Source of the DNA: an uncultured delta proteobacterium
Lineage (GTDB): Bacteria; Myxococcota_A; Polyangia; Polyangiales; Polyangiaceae
Length of the DNA: 64,000 nt
NCBI GenBank assembly: GCA_963806225.1
Contig: CAWDXG010000004.1
Location: forward strand, 3,712,001-3,776,000
Reading direction: 5' to 3'
Shown here: one piece after another, positions 49,894 to 61,257 of the stretch
Layout: each line of letters begins with the position of its first letter
Position numbering within the stretch: the first letter of the stretch is position 1
The notes under the pieces: model-generated
Seen by the model: only the letters and a program-made list of their open reading frames with translations
Told to the model about the DNA's origin: nothing
Databases searched by the model: none
Position numbers and translations under genes: made by a program

Positions 49894-52858
49894 GTGCGCG
49901 GCGACAGGTTCCGCCTGCCGGCGGCGCTGCTCGCCGCACTGTGGGTGCTGCTGATGACAGAGCCGGCGAGAGCCGGCGATCCGTACCTCCGCTGGTACAC
50001 GATCGACACGCCGCACTTCCATGTCCATTTCCACGGCGGACTGGAGCCCGAGGCGCAGCGCACCGCCAACCTGCTGGAGGACGCCTACGGCCGTCTGGTC
50101 CCGGAGCTGGGCTCGGCGCCTCACACGACCGAAGTGCTGCTGACCGACAGCACCGACTCGGCGAACGGTTCGTCCAGCTCGCTTCCCTACAACGAGATCG
50201 AGCTGTACGTCACCGCCCCCGACGACATGTCGCCACTGGCGGACTACGACGACTGGCTTCTCGAGCTGACGACGCACGAGCTCACGCATACGGTGCACGT
50301 CGACAACATCTCCGGCATCCCCGCCGTAGTGAACGCAGTGCTCGGCAAGACCGTGGCGCCCAACCAGGCCCAGCCGCGCTGGATCCTGGAAGGCCTCGCC
50401 GTGAACATGGAGACGGAGCACACCGGGGGAGGGCGACTCAGGTCGTCGCAGTGGGACATGTACCTACGCGCAGACGTCCTCGACCACCGCCTGGCCCGGC
50501 TGGACCAGATCAGCAATTCCGCAAGGCGCTGGCCGTCGGGCAACCTCTGGTACCTGTACGGCTCCGAATTCATCGAGTGGATCGATCACATCTACGGACC
50601 CAACACGTATGCAGCGGTCGCCGCCGACTACGGCTCGAACATCATACCCTGGGGCATCAATCGTTCGATCCGACGCGTGACCGGCCGCACCTATCCCGAG
50701 CTCTACCGCGGCTGGGAGAAGTACCTGGAGAAGAAATACCAGGCGCAGGCCGCACGAATCCGCCGCCGGGGCCTCCGGCGGGGCAGACAGCTGACGCATC
50801 GAGGACGCGTCGCCTCCACTCCGCGCTTTGCGCCGCGCTGCGCTCGCGCAGGATCGCGCGAGGAAGTGTTCTACGTGAGCGACGACGGCGACCGGACCGC
50901 CGGCGTGTACCGCGTTCCCCTGGTGTCGCGCAGCCACGCCGCCGAGGGCGACGAGCAGATCATCACGCGCATGAGTGGCACAAGCTTCTCGTTCGACAGC
51001 GACTGCGGCGTCGTGTTTTCCAGCACCGCGCCTTCACAGCGGCAGTACTACTTCAACGATCTGTTCCGCCAGCCGCGCGGCACGCGCGCGCCACGCGGAC
51101 TGAGCCGGACGCGAAAACGACTGACCGTGTCGCGCCGCGCACGCGACCCGGACGTGAGCCGCGACGGACGGCACATCGTCTACGTCACGAACCACGCCGG
51201 GACGAGCACGCTCCGGATCGCCGATTTCACGCCCGGCCACCGCATCGTGCACCCGCGCACGCTGGTGCCGAGCGCGCGCTACGAGCAGGCCTACACGCCG
51301 CGCTTCTCGCCCGATGGGCGCCATTTGGCGTACAGCGCCTGGACGCGTGGCGGCTATCGCGACATCCGCATCGTCGACGTGAAGACCGGCCGCTTCTTCG
51401 AGATCGCAGCACGACCGCGCGCTCGACCAGCAACCGACCTGGTCGCACGACGGCCACACCGTCTACTTCACGTCCGACCGCACCGGTATCGCGAACGTGT
51501 ACGCGTTCGACCTGCGTTCCCGGAAGCTCAGCCAGGTGACCAACGTCATCATGGGCGCGTACATGCCCGAGGTCACACCGGACGGGCGCACGCTCTTCTA
51601 CATCGGCTACACCTCGAGGGGCTTCGACCTGTTCAGCATGCCGCTCGACAGGTCGAGATTCCTGCCTGCGCTTCCCTACGTCGACCAGAGGCCGGCGACG
51701 CCCCCCGAGCGGTTCACGAAGCGGTGGCCCGTGCACAGCTACGACCCGCTGCCCACCCTGCGTCCGCACGCCTACCAGCTGGACTACGGACCTGGCACCT
51801 TCGGCCAGGCGCTGACGGTCTCCACGACCGGCTCGGACGCGGTGGGGCTGCACTCGTTCAGCGCGAGCATCACGGTCGAGACAGAGCAGGGACAACCGTC
51901 GGGCCGCCTCGCCTACGCCTACCACAAGCTGCCGTTCACGTTCCGCACCAGCCTGTTCCGGTCCGCGTCGCCGCGCACCGGCTTCCGCTACGGAGACCAG
52001 ACGCCGATCATCACCGAGCATCTGACAGGGATACGCACCGGGGTGACCTACCCGTTGCTCGGCGAGTTCGACGTGGGGAGCGTGGCGCTCAACTACACGA
52101 TCGCCAAGTTCGACTCGGTGCTACCGGTGGGGCCGATCGCGGATCCGTACGCGCAGGTGACGCGCGTCCCGGACCGGGGCTATCTAGGGCTTTTGCATCT
52201 CGGCTACGGATACTCGAACGCCGAAGGCACAGCCGACGGGATCAGCCTGGAAAAGGGCTTTTCTTTCGTGGCAGGCGGGGACATCGCGGCCCATGCGCTC
52301 GGCAGCGACTCGACATTGACGGCGTTCAGCGCGCGCCTGGAGGGCTATGTGCCGATGCCATGGGCAGAGCACCACGTGCTGGCCGTGGCTCTGTCCGGAG
52401 CCGCCGCGGTGGGTACCTATCCGCGGCGCGGCCTGTACTACACGGGTGGATTCGGCGACAGGCCGGTGCTGGACGCCTACACGAACGGCATCGACCAGGG
52501 TCCGTTCGTGCTACGCGGCTACGCTCCGGTCAAGTTCATCGGCTCGCAGTTCAACCTGCTGAACACCGAGTACCGCTTCCCGATCCTATACGCGGATCGC
52601 GGCGTCAGCACGCTGCCGGTCTTCCTCAGGACCCTGAGCGGCGCCCTGTTCGCCGACTACGGCGGGGCGTTCAACCGACTGGACCTCGCCGATCCGCTGA
52701 AGAGCTACCACCTCGGCGTGGGCGGCGAGCTGTGGATCGACCTGGTACTGGGCTACTTCGCTCACGCCAATATCCGGCTCGGCTACGCACACGGCGTCGA
52801 CGACTCGAAGGCCATCCCGGGAGGGCAGCTGTACTTCGTTGCGTCCACGCCGTTCTGA
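49894..52858 (+). CDS. Outer-membrane protein: HExxH domain, TolB/PD40 propeller and Omp85-like barrel (frameshift near 51408)
   Basis: THELTH..EGLA; PD40 repeats (PRFSPDG, PTWSHDG, PEVTPDG); VLRGY, TEYRFP and LFADYG; terminal Phe. Confidence 0.85.
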
Positions 52859-52926
52859 CCCGCTGCGGCCGGACGGTTTCTTTCCCGGATCCGTCCACGG
52901 CTGCTACGCCGGCTGCGATGACGTCC

Positions 52927-53400
52927 ATGAAGCTCGCAGCCCCCGCGCTGGCCCTCGCGCTGGGCCTCGGCGGCTGTTTTGCGACTCCTACCCAATCGCA
53001 GAGGGTCACCGACGCGGCCCGCGAGATGAACATCGCCGCGCGTTTCGGGCGCATGGACATTGCGGTCGAGCATGCGGCACGCGGCGCGCGCCAGAGCTTT
53101 CTGGAGCGGCGCGCGGACTGGGGGCACAACCTGCGCGTGCTGGACGTGCAGCTCTCCAGCCTGTCTCTCAAGGACGAGCAGCACGCCACCGTCCACGTGG
53201 ACATCTCGTGGGAGCGCATGAACGAAGGCCTGCTGCGCCAGACACGTGTGGCGCAGCTATGGCGCGACACCGAGAAGGGTGGATGGCAGCTGGTGCGCGA
53301 GAAGCGCATCGCGGGAGACTTCGGCTTGTTCGGCGAGAACGTCGAGGTGCTGCACCCCGAGCACCACGACGTGCACTTCCCGAGCAAGACGATCCGCTAG
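52927..53400 (+). CDS. Hypothetical lipoprotein
   Basis: LGLGGC lipobox and an alpha+beta body. Confidence 0.8.
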   Translation: MKLAAPALALALGLGGCFATPTQSQRVTDAAREMNIAARFGRMDIAVEHAARGARQSFLERRADWGHNLRVLDVQLSSLSLKDEQHATVHVDISWERMNEGLLRQTRVAQLWRDTEKGGWQLVREKRIAGDFGLFGENVEVLHPEHHDVHFPSKTIR

Positions 53401-53425
53401 CCGGACCGCGCCAGCGGAGCGGCGC

Positions 53426-53563
53426 TCAGCCCTTCTTCTTCTTCGACGAGCCAGCGCGCGCCTTGCGCGCCTCCTCGACGCGGCGCTTCTCGCGCTCCTT
53501 CTTACGGCGCTGGGCCTTGCGGCGCTTCATCTTCCTGGAATTGCGGCGATCGAACCTTGCCAT
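53426..53563 (-). CDS. 45-aa highly basic small protein
   Basis: Manual translation MARFDRRNSRKMKRRKAQRRKKEREKRRVEEARKARAGSSKKKKG*. Almost all codons end in G/C, and AGGACGAG lies upstream. Confidence 0.75.
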   Translation of the reverse strand: MARFDRRNSRKMKRRKAQRRKKEREKRRVEEARKARAGSSKKKKG

Positions 53564-53691
53564 CAGTCAGTACTCGTCCTGTCGTCGTTGTGCTCGACGG
53601 CGGCGTGGTGCCAGCCGTCCGCGCTTCGATACAGCGTTCCGGACCCCGGCGCCAGCCCCCGCGGAGCGGATAGCGTCCTCTGCAGCGGAAC

Positions 53692-53943
53692 TCAGCCGCT
53701 GGAAGCGTCCTCGAGCGCGCGCTCCCGGTCGCGGACTTCGAGGCGATAACGGCTGTTCACCGTCTCGATATAGAAGACATCCCGGGATGCCAGCCGGAGC
53801 ACGCGCTTGACCGGAGTGGTCACGTACTCGTGCATACCGTCCGAAAACTCGATCACTACCACCGAGCCCTTGCGTGGCGCCCGGACGAGCCGCCCGGTCA
53901 CAGCCCGAGAGCCCCGACCCAGTTTCCGGAGCACGACTTGCAC
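53692..53943 (-). CDS. Small hypothetical beta-rich protein
   Basis: 83 aa ending FYIETVNSRYRLEV, with GC3 bias. Confidence 0.7.
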   Translation of the reverse strand: MQVVLRKLGRGSRAVTGRLVRAPRKGSVVVIEFSDGMHEYVTTPVKRVLRLASRDVFYIETVNSRYRLEVRDRERALEDASSG

Positions 53944-54077
53944 GAGATTACTCTAGCAACCCCACAGCCCACGTCCACCCCAAACTCCCCCGGGCGCATG
54001 ACAAACGCGGGCCGGGAAGCATCCGTCAAGAGGGGGGCGGGGGCTGTCGGTATTTGTCGGCAAGTGTCGGTGTCCGT

Positions 54078-54860
54078 TCAGAAAGTCATCGCTGCCGAGA
54101 CGCGGAACATGGGGCCCCGGAGCCGCAACGCCGGGAACGGCACGGCGGCGACACGCTCTGGTGCGGAGGTGCTGTCGGAAGCCGGGCGCAGGTTCACGTC
54201 GACCGGTGCGGCCCAGCTGTAGCCGCCGTCGCCGACCACCCAGAAGCGCGGCTTTTTCGATTCGCCGCTCCGCTTGCCGATGACCTCGAACGCCGCGCCG
54301 GCAGTGGCGTCGAAGCCGGCGGCCCACTTGTGCGAGTAGACGTTCACTGCGGTGACCGCCTCGTCCAGCTGCGCGTCCGTGTAGATCGCGGACGGAGACG
54401 CGCGCACGAACACGAAGAAGCGCGGGATCACGTGGTAGCGGATCTCCGGCCCGAGCGAGAGGCGGTGCACGTCGAGCTGGGTGCGCTCGCCGCGCGCAGT
54501 CCCCTGCCGCTGGCCGTAGTCCCACAGGGCCATCACCGCCAGGGAGAAGCGGCCCTCCGCAAGCAGGGTACGCCCGCCTCCCAGGCTGACCTGCGTCAGG
54601 GCATTGTCCGTGGCGTAGGGGTCGAAACCTCCGTCGGTGATGAAGGCCGTGCGCACGCCCGCGGTCGCCTCCCAGTGCGTCTGGTAGGACCCGAGCGGGC
54701 CGTCGGCGGAGTAGTACGGCGTCTGGCCGGTGTCGGCTTCGGCGGCCACGGCTGCGCCCAGCGCGGGGTGCTCGGCGCGGGCCAACGCCGGCAGCCCGAG
54801 CGCCAGAAGCAGCGCCAGCACTCCAATCCCCCGGGCGGGCATCCCTCCACGCCTCGTCAT
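54078..54860 (-). CDS. Small outer-membrane beta-barrel protein
   Basis: Signal peptide (LALLLALGLPALARA), alternating amphipathic strands and C-terminal FRVSAAMTF. ATGA overlap with the upstream gene. Confidence 0.75.
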   Translation of the reverse strand: MTRRGGMPARGIGVLALLLALGLPALARAEHPALGAAVAAEADTGQTPYYSADGPLGSYQTHWEATAGVRTAFITDGGFDPYATDNALTQVSLGGGRTLLAEGRFSLAVMALWDYGQRQGTARGERTQLDVHRLSLGPEIRYHVIPRFFVFVRASPSAIYTDAQLDEAVTAVNVYSHKWAAGFDATAGAAFEVIGKRSGESKKPRFWVVGDGGYSWAAPVDVNLRPASDSTSAPERVAAVPFPALRLRGPMFRVSAAMTF

Positions 54861-56479
54861 CGTGCACCTCCCAGCATCAGACCACCGTAGAAACTCGAAT
54901 CCGCCGTGTCGGGCTTGACCGCGTCGAGCACCGTCGCCCCGAGCGCACCCGCCATGCCGTCGCCCGACTCGTGCATCGCCAGGAGCGCGCGCCCGCCGTC
55001 GAGGCGTTCGATGTCGTAGACGGCGGACACGTCGCGCTCGACGGTGAGCGAGGTCGGGTGCAGGTCCGATAGGTCGATGCGCGCAAAGTCCGGCGAGCCG
55101 GGGCGGAACGCCCACACGCGCTGGCCGTCCGGGGACATGGACAGCTCGAAGCCCGCCTGGTTCGTCAACATCGGATAGGTCTCGCGCTTGTCCAGGTCCA
55201 GAACGTAGAACTCGGCGTCGCTGGTGCTCTGCAGGATCTTCAGGTGCGCGTAGCTGTCGCCCGGCACATCGATGACCTGCTTGACCGCGATGCCGATGTC
55301 ATACGGATCGACACTGCGGAAGGGCGTGCCGGTCGTCTTGCCGAGCGACCAGAACGCCACGCCGCTGGTCTGGTCGCTCCAGAGCAGCGCCACGTCGCTG
55401 GTCGTCGGCTTGTTCGTGACGTCCTGGGTCACGCGGGTCAGGCGCGTGTACGGCTTGGGACAAATCCACGGCCTCGACGACCGTCGTCGCCGGATCGACC
55501 AGCGAAGCCTGCCTGAGCCCTGGAACGAGCGCCGCGAGCCTCAGCCCACCGTCCGTCTCGACGAAGTCGATGGCCGTCGGCACCCCTCCAACGTCGGCGA
55601 TGTTGGGCGTCGGGAAGTAGTCCTGTTTCGCGCTGCCTTTCGGAGGGCCGAGCTGGAGGAGCAGCACGCTGCTGTCGTTCGCCAGGCGCACCGCGATGCG
55701 GGCGTCCGAGTTGTCCTTGGGATCGCCGTCGTTGTAGGCAACCTCGGCGGGTTGCGCCGTGTCGCCGGTCGGCGTCTTCGGCATCGCGACCGTGACCTCG
55801 TCCCGATCGAGGTGCGCCAGGTCGATCAGCGTCACGTCCTGATCGGTCTCCACGATCAGCATGCGTCGCGAGCCACCCTTGGGCAGCGACAGCGAGCTCG
55901 TGAAAGTGAACCGCTCGGGTCGGCCGCCGAAGCTGCGGATCGTCTTCGGATAGGGCGGCTGGCTGGTGTCCTTCAGGTTGACGAAGATGAGTTCGTTCGG
56001 GTTCACCACGACGCCCCCCGCGTCGTACACGACCGCCCACTCGCCTTCCGGATCGATGGCCAGCCCTTGCAGCGGGTCGGTAAGCTGGAAGCGGGCTTCG
56101 ACGCGGGGCTTGGTGCCACCGTCGATCACGGTGAGGCTGGGCCGCTCGTCCCCGGGCTTCTTGCGCGGCTGCACGCCGCTCGACAGCACGAACAGAGTCT
56201 TCTTGTCGGGCGAGGTCTTGGCGGCGACGATGTTCTTGCCGACCTCGAGGGCCTTCTCCGACAGCTTGCGTCCTGATGCGCTGATCATCAGGACGCGGTC
56301 GAGCGACGGGTCGACGACCGCCACCGAGCCGCTGAGTCCCAGCGTCTGCACGGGCAGCTGTACGTTCGCGTCCCAGAAGTCGTTGCGGCCACCGCAGGCC
56401 GCGAGCAACAGGGCAACAGTCGCGGTCAGCAGGAGTGCGACCGGGTAGACAGTCGAGACTTTCGCTTGGCTCTTCTCAT
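54857..56479 (-). CDS. Beta-propeller-like lipoprotein (frameshifts near 56450 and 55460)
   Basis: LLAAC lipobox and propeller-type motifs (SPDKKTLFV, IDPEGEWAVV, MSPDGQRVWA); joins track ORFs 55299..56408 and 54857..55432. Confidence 0.75.
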
Positions 56480-56489
56480 CGGCTCCTCG

Positions 56490-58125
56490 TCAATTCACGA
56501 TCTTCGCGGCCAGCTCGAAACCCGTCAGCGTGCGGGCGCTGCCGTCCGTCAAATCGATGAAGGTGATGCGACCGTCCGGGTTCAGCTGCGCGACGTAGCC
56601 CTTGCCCGCAGCTGGGACCATGCCGGTCGCGATCGGCGGGCTGGCGAGCGGCAGGTAGTCCACCTGCAGCGAGGGCATGCGTACGACATAGACACCGAAC
56701 TGCTTCCGCTGGTCGTCGCGCACCGTGACCAGCGCACGGCTGCTCGGCGGCGGTGCCACGGCGACTGCCGTCGGGGGCGCGTCGGTTCCCTCGATCCTGG
56801 GAGCACGTACGACCGTGGTGGGGATCACGCTGAACGCGCCGGCCTTGGTGCTGCCGGCAGGCGTCGATTGCAGAGCCAGGGCGTTCTCGCCGTCGGGGGC
56901 GACGAACACGGCCTGCACGGGGGCCTTCAACGCCACGGTGCGGTGGTCGAGGTAGCTCTGGCTGTCGAGGCTCAGGATCGTGACGTGGTCGTTGTCGACG
57001 GCGTTCTCGTAGAGCAGCGCGACGTTTCCATCCGGCGACAGGGACACACTTCCGAACTCCTCGCCGTCGATCTTGACGCTGGGATAGAAGGAGCTCGTGA
57101 CGATGTCGGGGATGGGCAGCACGTCCACCTCCGAGGCGGACCGCACGACGGCCACCGCACGCGTCCCGTCCTGGCTCAGATCCAGATCGGTGACGTTGCC
57201 GGACAGGGTGATGGTGGTGCGCTGGCCCGTGGACAGCGTGACCACGCCCACATCCGGGCTGCCGTCGCGACGCACGAGCGCAAGCTTGCCGTTCGGCGTG
57301 ATCGTCACGTCGCGGGACGCGGGGTTGTCGGCGGGATCGTCGGTGACCTGTACCAGGTCGGTCACCTGCGGGGCTGCGCCGTCGAGCGAGACGACCGAGA
57401 TGCCCGGATCGGTGACCGCGTAGGCGTGGGTCCCCGAGGCGTCGAAACGGACGCTCGTGGGCCGGTAGCCGACGCTGAGCTCCGTGGACGCTTCCTTCCC
57501 GCTGTCGAGCCGGATCACCGTGATGTCCTGGAAGCCCTGGGTGGGGTCGGGGTTCTTGACCTTGCGCGCGTCGCTCCAGGCGATCGCCCAGTGTCCGGCT
57601 GGGCCGATCGACCAGGCGTTCGCGCTCTCGTGCGTCGGCAGCGTCTTGGTCGCGATGCTGCTGTCCGGCTGCACGCGGAGCAGCGTGGCGTCGTGGCCGA
57701 GCACGTTGAGCACGATGGCCGTGTTCGCCGTCGCGCCCTTCTGACCCGGGATCGCCGCCAGATAGGTCGGTCCAAACCCCGCCTCCACCGTGTGCACCTG
57801 GAGGTTGGTCGCATCGATCAAGGCGACGCGGCCGCTGTCCGGGTTGGCGGACCACACGTACTTGCCGGTGGTCACCGGAGCCCGGTACGAACCCTCCAGC
57901 TCCTTCTCGGGCGGAAGCGCCGAGCCTCCTGCGCCACCCGCCGCATACGCGCCCGAGCCGCCGCTGGCTGCCGCGTCCGAGGACCAGGCCGCCGCTCCCG
58001 AACGGCACCGCGCCGCCAGCGTCCGCCGAGGAACCGCAATGCGCCAGAGCGAACAGCGCTCCGCCGAGCGCGCCGGCGAGAGCGACGCGCGAGGAAAGGG
58101 CCCGGAGTCCCGCTCCACCGATCAT
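56490..58125 (-). CDS. Beta-propeller-like lipoprotein, paralog B (frameshift near 58000)
   Basis: Signal ..LFALAHC in one frame; the body PPEKELEGSYRAPVTTGKYVWSANPDSGRVAL...TLTGFELAAKIVN is in another. Confidence 0.8.
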
Positions 58126-59748
58126 TGGCTTCCGTCCACGATGCGGGCTCCGAGCTCGAAGCCGGTCAGCGTGCGCGCCGAACCGTCGGAGAGCTTGATG
58201 AAGGTGATCCGACCCTCGGGGTGCTCCTGGGCGACGTAGGCGACGCCAGCCTCGGGGACCATCCCGCTGGCGAGCGGCGGGCTCGCCAGCTTGTAGTCGC
58301 TGGATCTGCAGCGACGGCATGCTGACGAGATACGCCTCGTGAATCCGGGTCACGTCGTCGCGCGTCGTGACCAGGCCGCGCGTGCTGGGCGACGGCTCGA
58401 TAGCGACCGACTGGGCGGGCGCGTCCGTCCCCTGGATCCGGGGCGGCAGCGTGCTCGCGATGGGAACCACGCTGAATGCGCCAGGCTTCACGCTGCCCGC
58501 CCCGGGATCCAGCAGCGCGATCGCGTGCGCGCCATCCGGCGACGGGAACACGGCCCGGATCGGAGCCTTCAACGCGACCGTGCGGTACGTCAGGAAGTTG
58601 GGCCCCGGCCGGGCAACGAGAATCGTCAGATGATCGTTGGCAACCGCGTTCGTGTAGAGCAGAGCGGTCGCCCCGTCCGCCGTGGTCGACACGCTGCCGA
58701 ACACCTCGCCGGAAATGTTCACCGAATAGTAGTCGGCCGGCTTGGTGTAGATCTGCGGGATCGGCAGCAGTGCCACCTCGGACGTGTCGCGCGCCACGGC
58801 GATCGCCTGGGAGCCGTCCTGTGCGAGGTCCAGATCGGTCACGTTGCTGGACAGTGTGACCTTCACGCGAGTTCCGTCGGACAGCGACACCACGTTCACA
58901 TCCGGGCTGCCGTCGCGCCGCACCAGCGCGAAGGCGCCATCCGGCGTGATCGACACGTCACGCGAGGCGGGGTTCTCGAGGGGGTCGTCGGTGACCGGAA
59001 CGTCGTCGAGCACCTCGGGCCCCGACGCGCCCAGATCGATCACACTGATGCCGGGCTCGGTCACGGCGAACGCGCGCTTGTCGTCCTGGCTGATGACGAC
59101 CCGCGTCGGGCGATAGCCGACCGACAGTCGCGTGGCCTGCACGTCCTTGCCCGACAGGTCGATGACGGTGATGTCCTGCAGACCGTCGGTGGGGTCGGGA
59201 TTCTTGACCTTGGCGGCGTCGGTCCAGGCGATCGCCCAGTGGCCACTGTGACTGATGGCCCAGCTGTTGGCATCCTGGTGGATGGGCACCGACTGCGCGG
59301 CCACGTTGCCCGAGTCGTCGGCGCGCAGCACGGTGGCGTCGTGGCTCCCGACGTTGATGACGATCGCCGCATTGGCGTCGGGGTTCGTGGGATCGGGCAG
59401 CGCGGCCAGATAGGTCGGGCCGAAGCCCGCGTCGACCACGTGCACCTCGAGCGTCGTGGCGTCGACCAGCGCCACGCGCCCGCTGTCCGGATTCGCCGCC
59501 CAGACGTACTTCCCCGTCGCAACCGGGGAGCGGAACGAGCTTTCGAGTTCCTTTTCCGGTGGCAACGTGCCGCCACCCGAGCCGCCGCTCGCGCCGCTGC
59601 CACCGGAGCCGCCCGCGGCGCCGCCGGAGCCACCAATCCCGGGTATGTTGCCGCCCGAAGCGTTTTCGCTCGAGCTGCTGGCAGCGCAGTCGGCGAGCGC
59701 GAGCGCCAGCAACAGAACGCCCAGGAGCGTCAGCCTCCGGTCAAGCAT
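58122..59748 (-). CDS. Beta-propeller-like lipoprotein, paralog A (frameshift near 58295)
   Basis: GGAGG RBS, MLDRRLTLLGVLLLALALADC, Gly linker, then PPEKELESSFRSPVATGKYVWAANPDSGRVAL...TLTGFELGARIVDGSQ*. Confidence 0.8.
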
Positions 59749-59801
59749 CCTCGTCCTCCAGGCGCGCAGAGGACAACCCCAAGCGCGCTCGGGGATTGGG
59801 A

Positions 59802-59817
59802 TGCAATCCACGGGCCA
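59802..59817 (-). promoter_or_regulatory. Putative sigma54 (-24/-12) promoter
   Basis: TGGCCC-GTGGA-TTGCA has the exact GG-N10-GC spacing and ends 54 nt upstream of ATG 59748. Confidence 0.65.
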
Positions 59818-59868
59818 CGAGGCCTTCTGACAGTATCCGCGCACTTGGCGCACACGGCGCGGCGGGAG

Positions 59869-59886
59869 CCTGACACTCGTGTCAGG
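59869..59886. promoter_or_regulatory. Perfect palindrome, candidate enhancer-binding-protein site
   Basis: CCTGACAC-TC-GTGTCAGG, about 85-90 bp upstream of the predicted sigma54 start site, with no U-tract. Confidence 0.45.
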
Positions 59887-59914
59887 GCGCGGTGTGCCAG
59901 CGCCCCATTGGATT

Positions 59915-61174
59915 CTACGGCGCGACGACTCCGGGCGTTCCCTTGCTCGCGAAATAGGCCTGGAGTACCTGGCGCGCGAGTTGGGGTGCCTTGATACGCC
60001 AGATCGGCGTGTTGACTACGAGCGAGGCGATGGCGACCTCGGGGTGATCGGCAGGCGCGTAGCCGATGAACCAGGTGTACAGACGGTTCTGCTTGTGGCG
60101 GGTCAACGTCCCGGTCTTGCCCGCCACCGCAACGCCCGGGATGTACGGACGCCGGTGGTGATCGTGGAAGCTCTTGTAGGCCGTGCCGTTGGCCACGGTC
60201 TGCAGCATCATCTTCTGCACTTCATGGGCGGTGCTGGGCTTGACCGCGTGGCGGAGGACGCGCGGACCGTCGTCGTCCTGCCAGATCTTCTTCTGCCCCT
60301 TGTAGATCGCGCGGACGATGCGCGGCGCCAGCGCCACACCGTCGTTGGCCACCGTCTGCGCAACGCTGACCTCGCCGAGCGGCGAGTTGCTGGTGTGCCA
60401 GAAGCCCGCTGCCGAACGCGCGAACTCCAGCGGCTCGATCGGGATGTCGATCTTCGGCGCCTCGTTGGGCACCGCAAAGGGAATTGGCGCGCCGTAGCCG
60501 TACGCACCGCCCATCGCCGTGAGCTCCTCGGGCGTGAGCTTCTTCTGCGCCAGCTTGGCGAAGACCACGTTCAGGCTGCGGCCGAGCGCCATCGCCAGCG
60601 TGGCGCACCACTTGTCGCGCCCCGGGTCGTCCTTCAGCTCGTCGGCGCGGATGCGGCTGTGTCCGCCGTGGTAGCACTGCTCGGTCTTCGAGCTCAGCCC
60701 GGCTTTTTCCACCAGGGCCGAAGCCGTGACGACCTTGAAGGTGCTCGCTGCCGGCGCCTCGGCACGCACGTTCACGTCGAACGGCTTGCCCGTGTTCACG
60801 TAGCTGGCCCAGGCGAGGATGTTGCCGGTCTTCACCTGCATCACCACCGTGCCCGCTTCCGGAATGCGGTAGCGCTTCATCACGGAGAGCGCTTCGCGCT
60901 CGAGGTACGGGTCGAGCGTGAGCTCCGCCTCCCGACCGTCGGAAAGCGGCGCCGTCACCCGCCGCGGGTGCATCTCGAGCCGTAGCAGGTCCAGCCCCTC
61001 GAGGTCCGGTCCCTCGGGCTTGGCCGCAGCGGACGGCGTGTGGGCTATCGCAACACGCTTTTCCAGCTTGGCGAGCGGGCTCGGCAGCGCGATCTTCCCG
61101 CGCACCACCGGCACCAGCGCGGTAATGATGCCAACAGCGGCGCCCGCGCCGATCCATCTGCTCCAGGGTCGCAT
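59915..61174 (-). CDS. Penicillin-binding protein (compact transpeptidase)
   Basis: STFK, SLN and KTG motifs, LTLDP, WFIGYAP and an N-terminal TM; GGAGG RBS before ATG 61174. Confidence 0.93.
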   Translation of the reverse strand: MRPWSRWIGAGAAVGIITALVPVVRGKIALPSPLAKLEKRVAIAHTPSAAAKPEGPDLEGLDLLRLEMHPRRVTAPLSDGREAELTLDPYLEREALSVMKRYRIPEAGTVVMQVKTGNILAWASYVNTGKPFDVNVRAEAPAASTFKVVTASALVEKAGLSSKTEQCYHGGHSRIRADELKDDPGRDKWCATLAMALGRSLNVVFAKLAQKKLTPEELTAMGGAYGYGAPIPFAVPNEAPKIDIPIEPLEFARSAAGFWHTSNSPLGEVSVAQTVANDGVALAPRIVRAIYKGQKKIWQDDDGPRVLRHAVKPSTAHEVQKMMLQTVANGTAYKSFHDHHRRPYIPGVAVAGKTGTLTRHKQNRLYTWFIGYAPADHPEVAIASLVVNTPIWRIKAPQLARQVLQAYFASKGTPGVVAP

Positions 61175-61257
61175 CGCCTCCGGAGTTACCGGCGACGCCG
61201 GGCAACGGCCAAGATCCTGACGCGGATTTCCATCACAATCCCCGCTGGCAGGGCGCG

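Noticed and set aside
47759..53400. Apparent fusions fmt-PilZ (704 aa) and the 1331-aa ORF
   Set aside because: These are frameshift read-throughs joining separate genes that each have their own start and stop.
56476..59853. Single 1125-aa protein
   Set aside because: It goes out of frame after ~58295. The region holds two paralogous lipoprotein genes.
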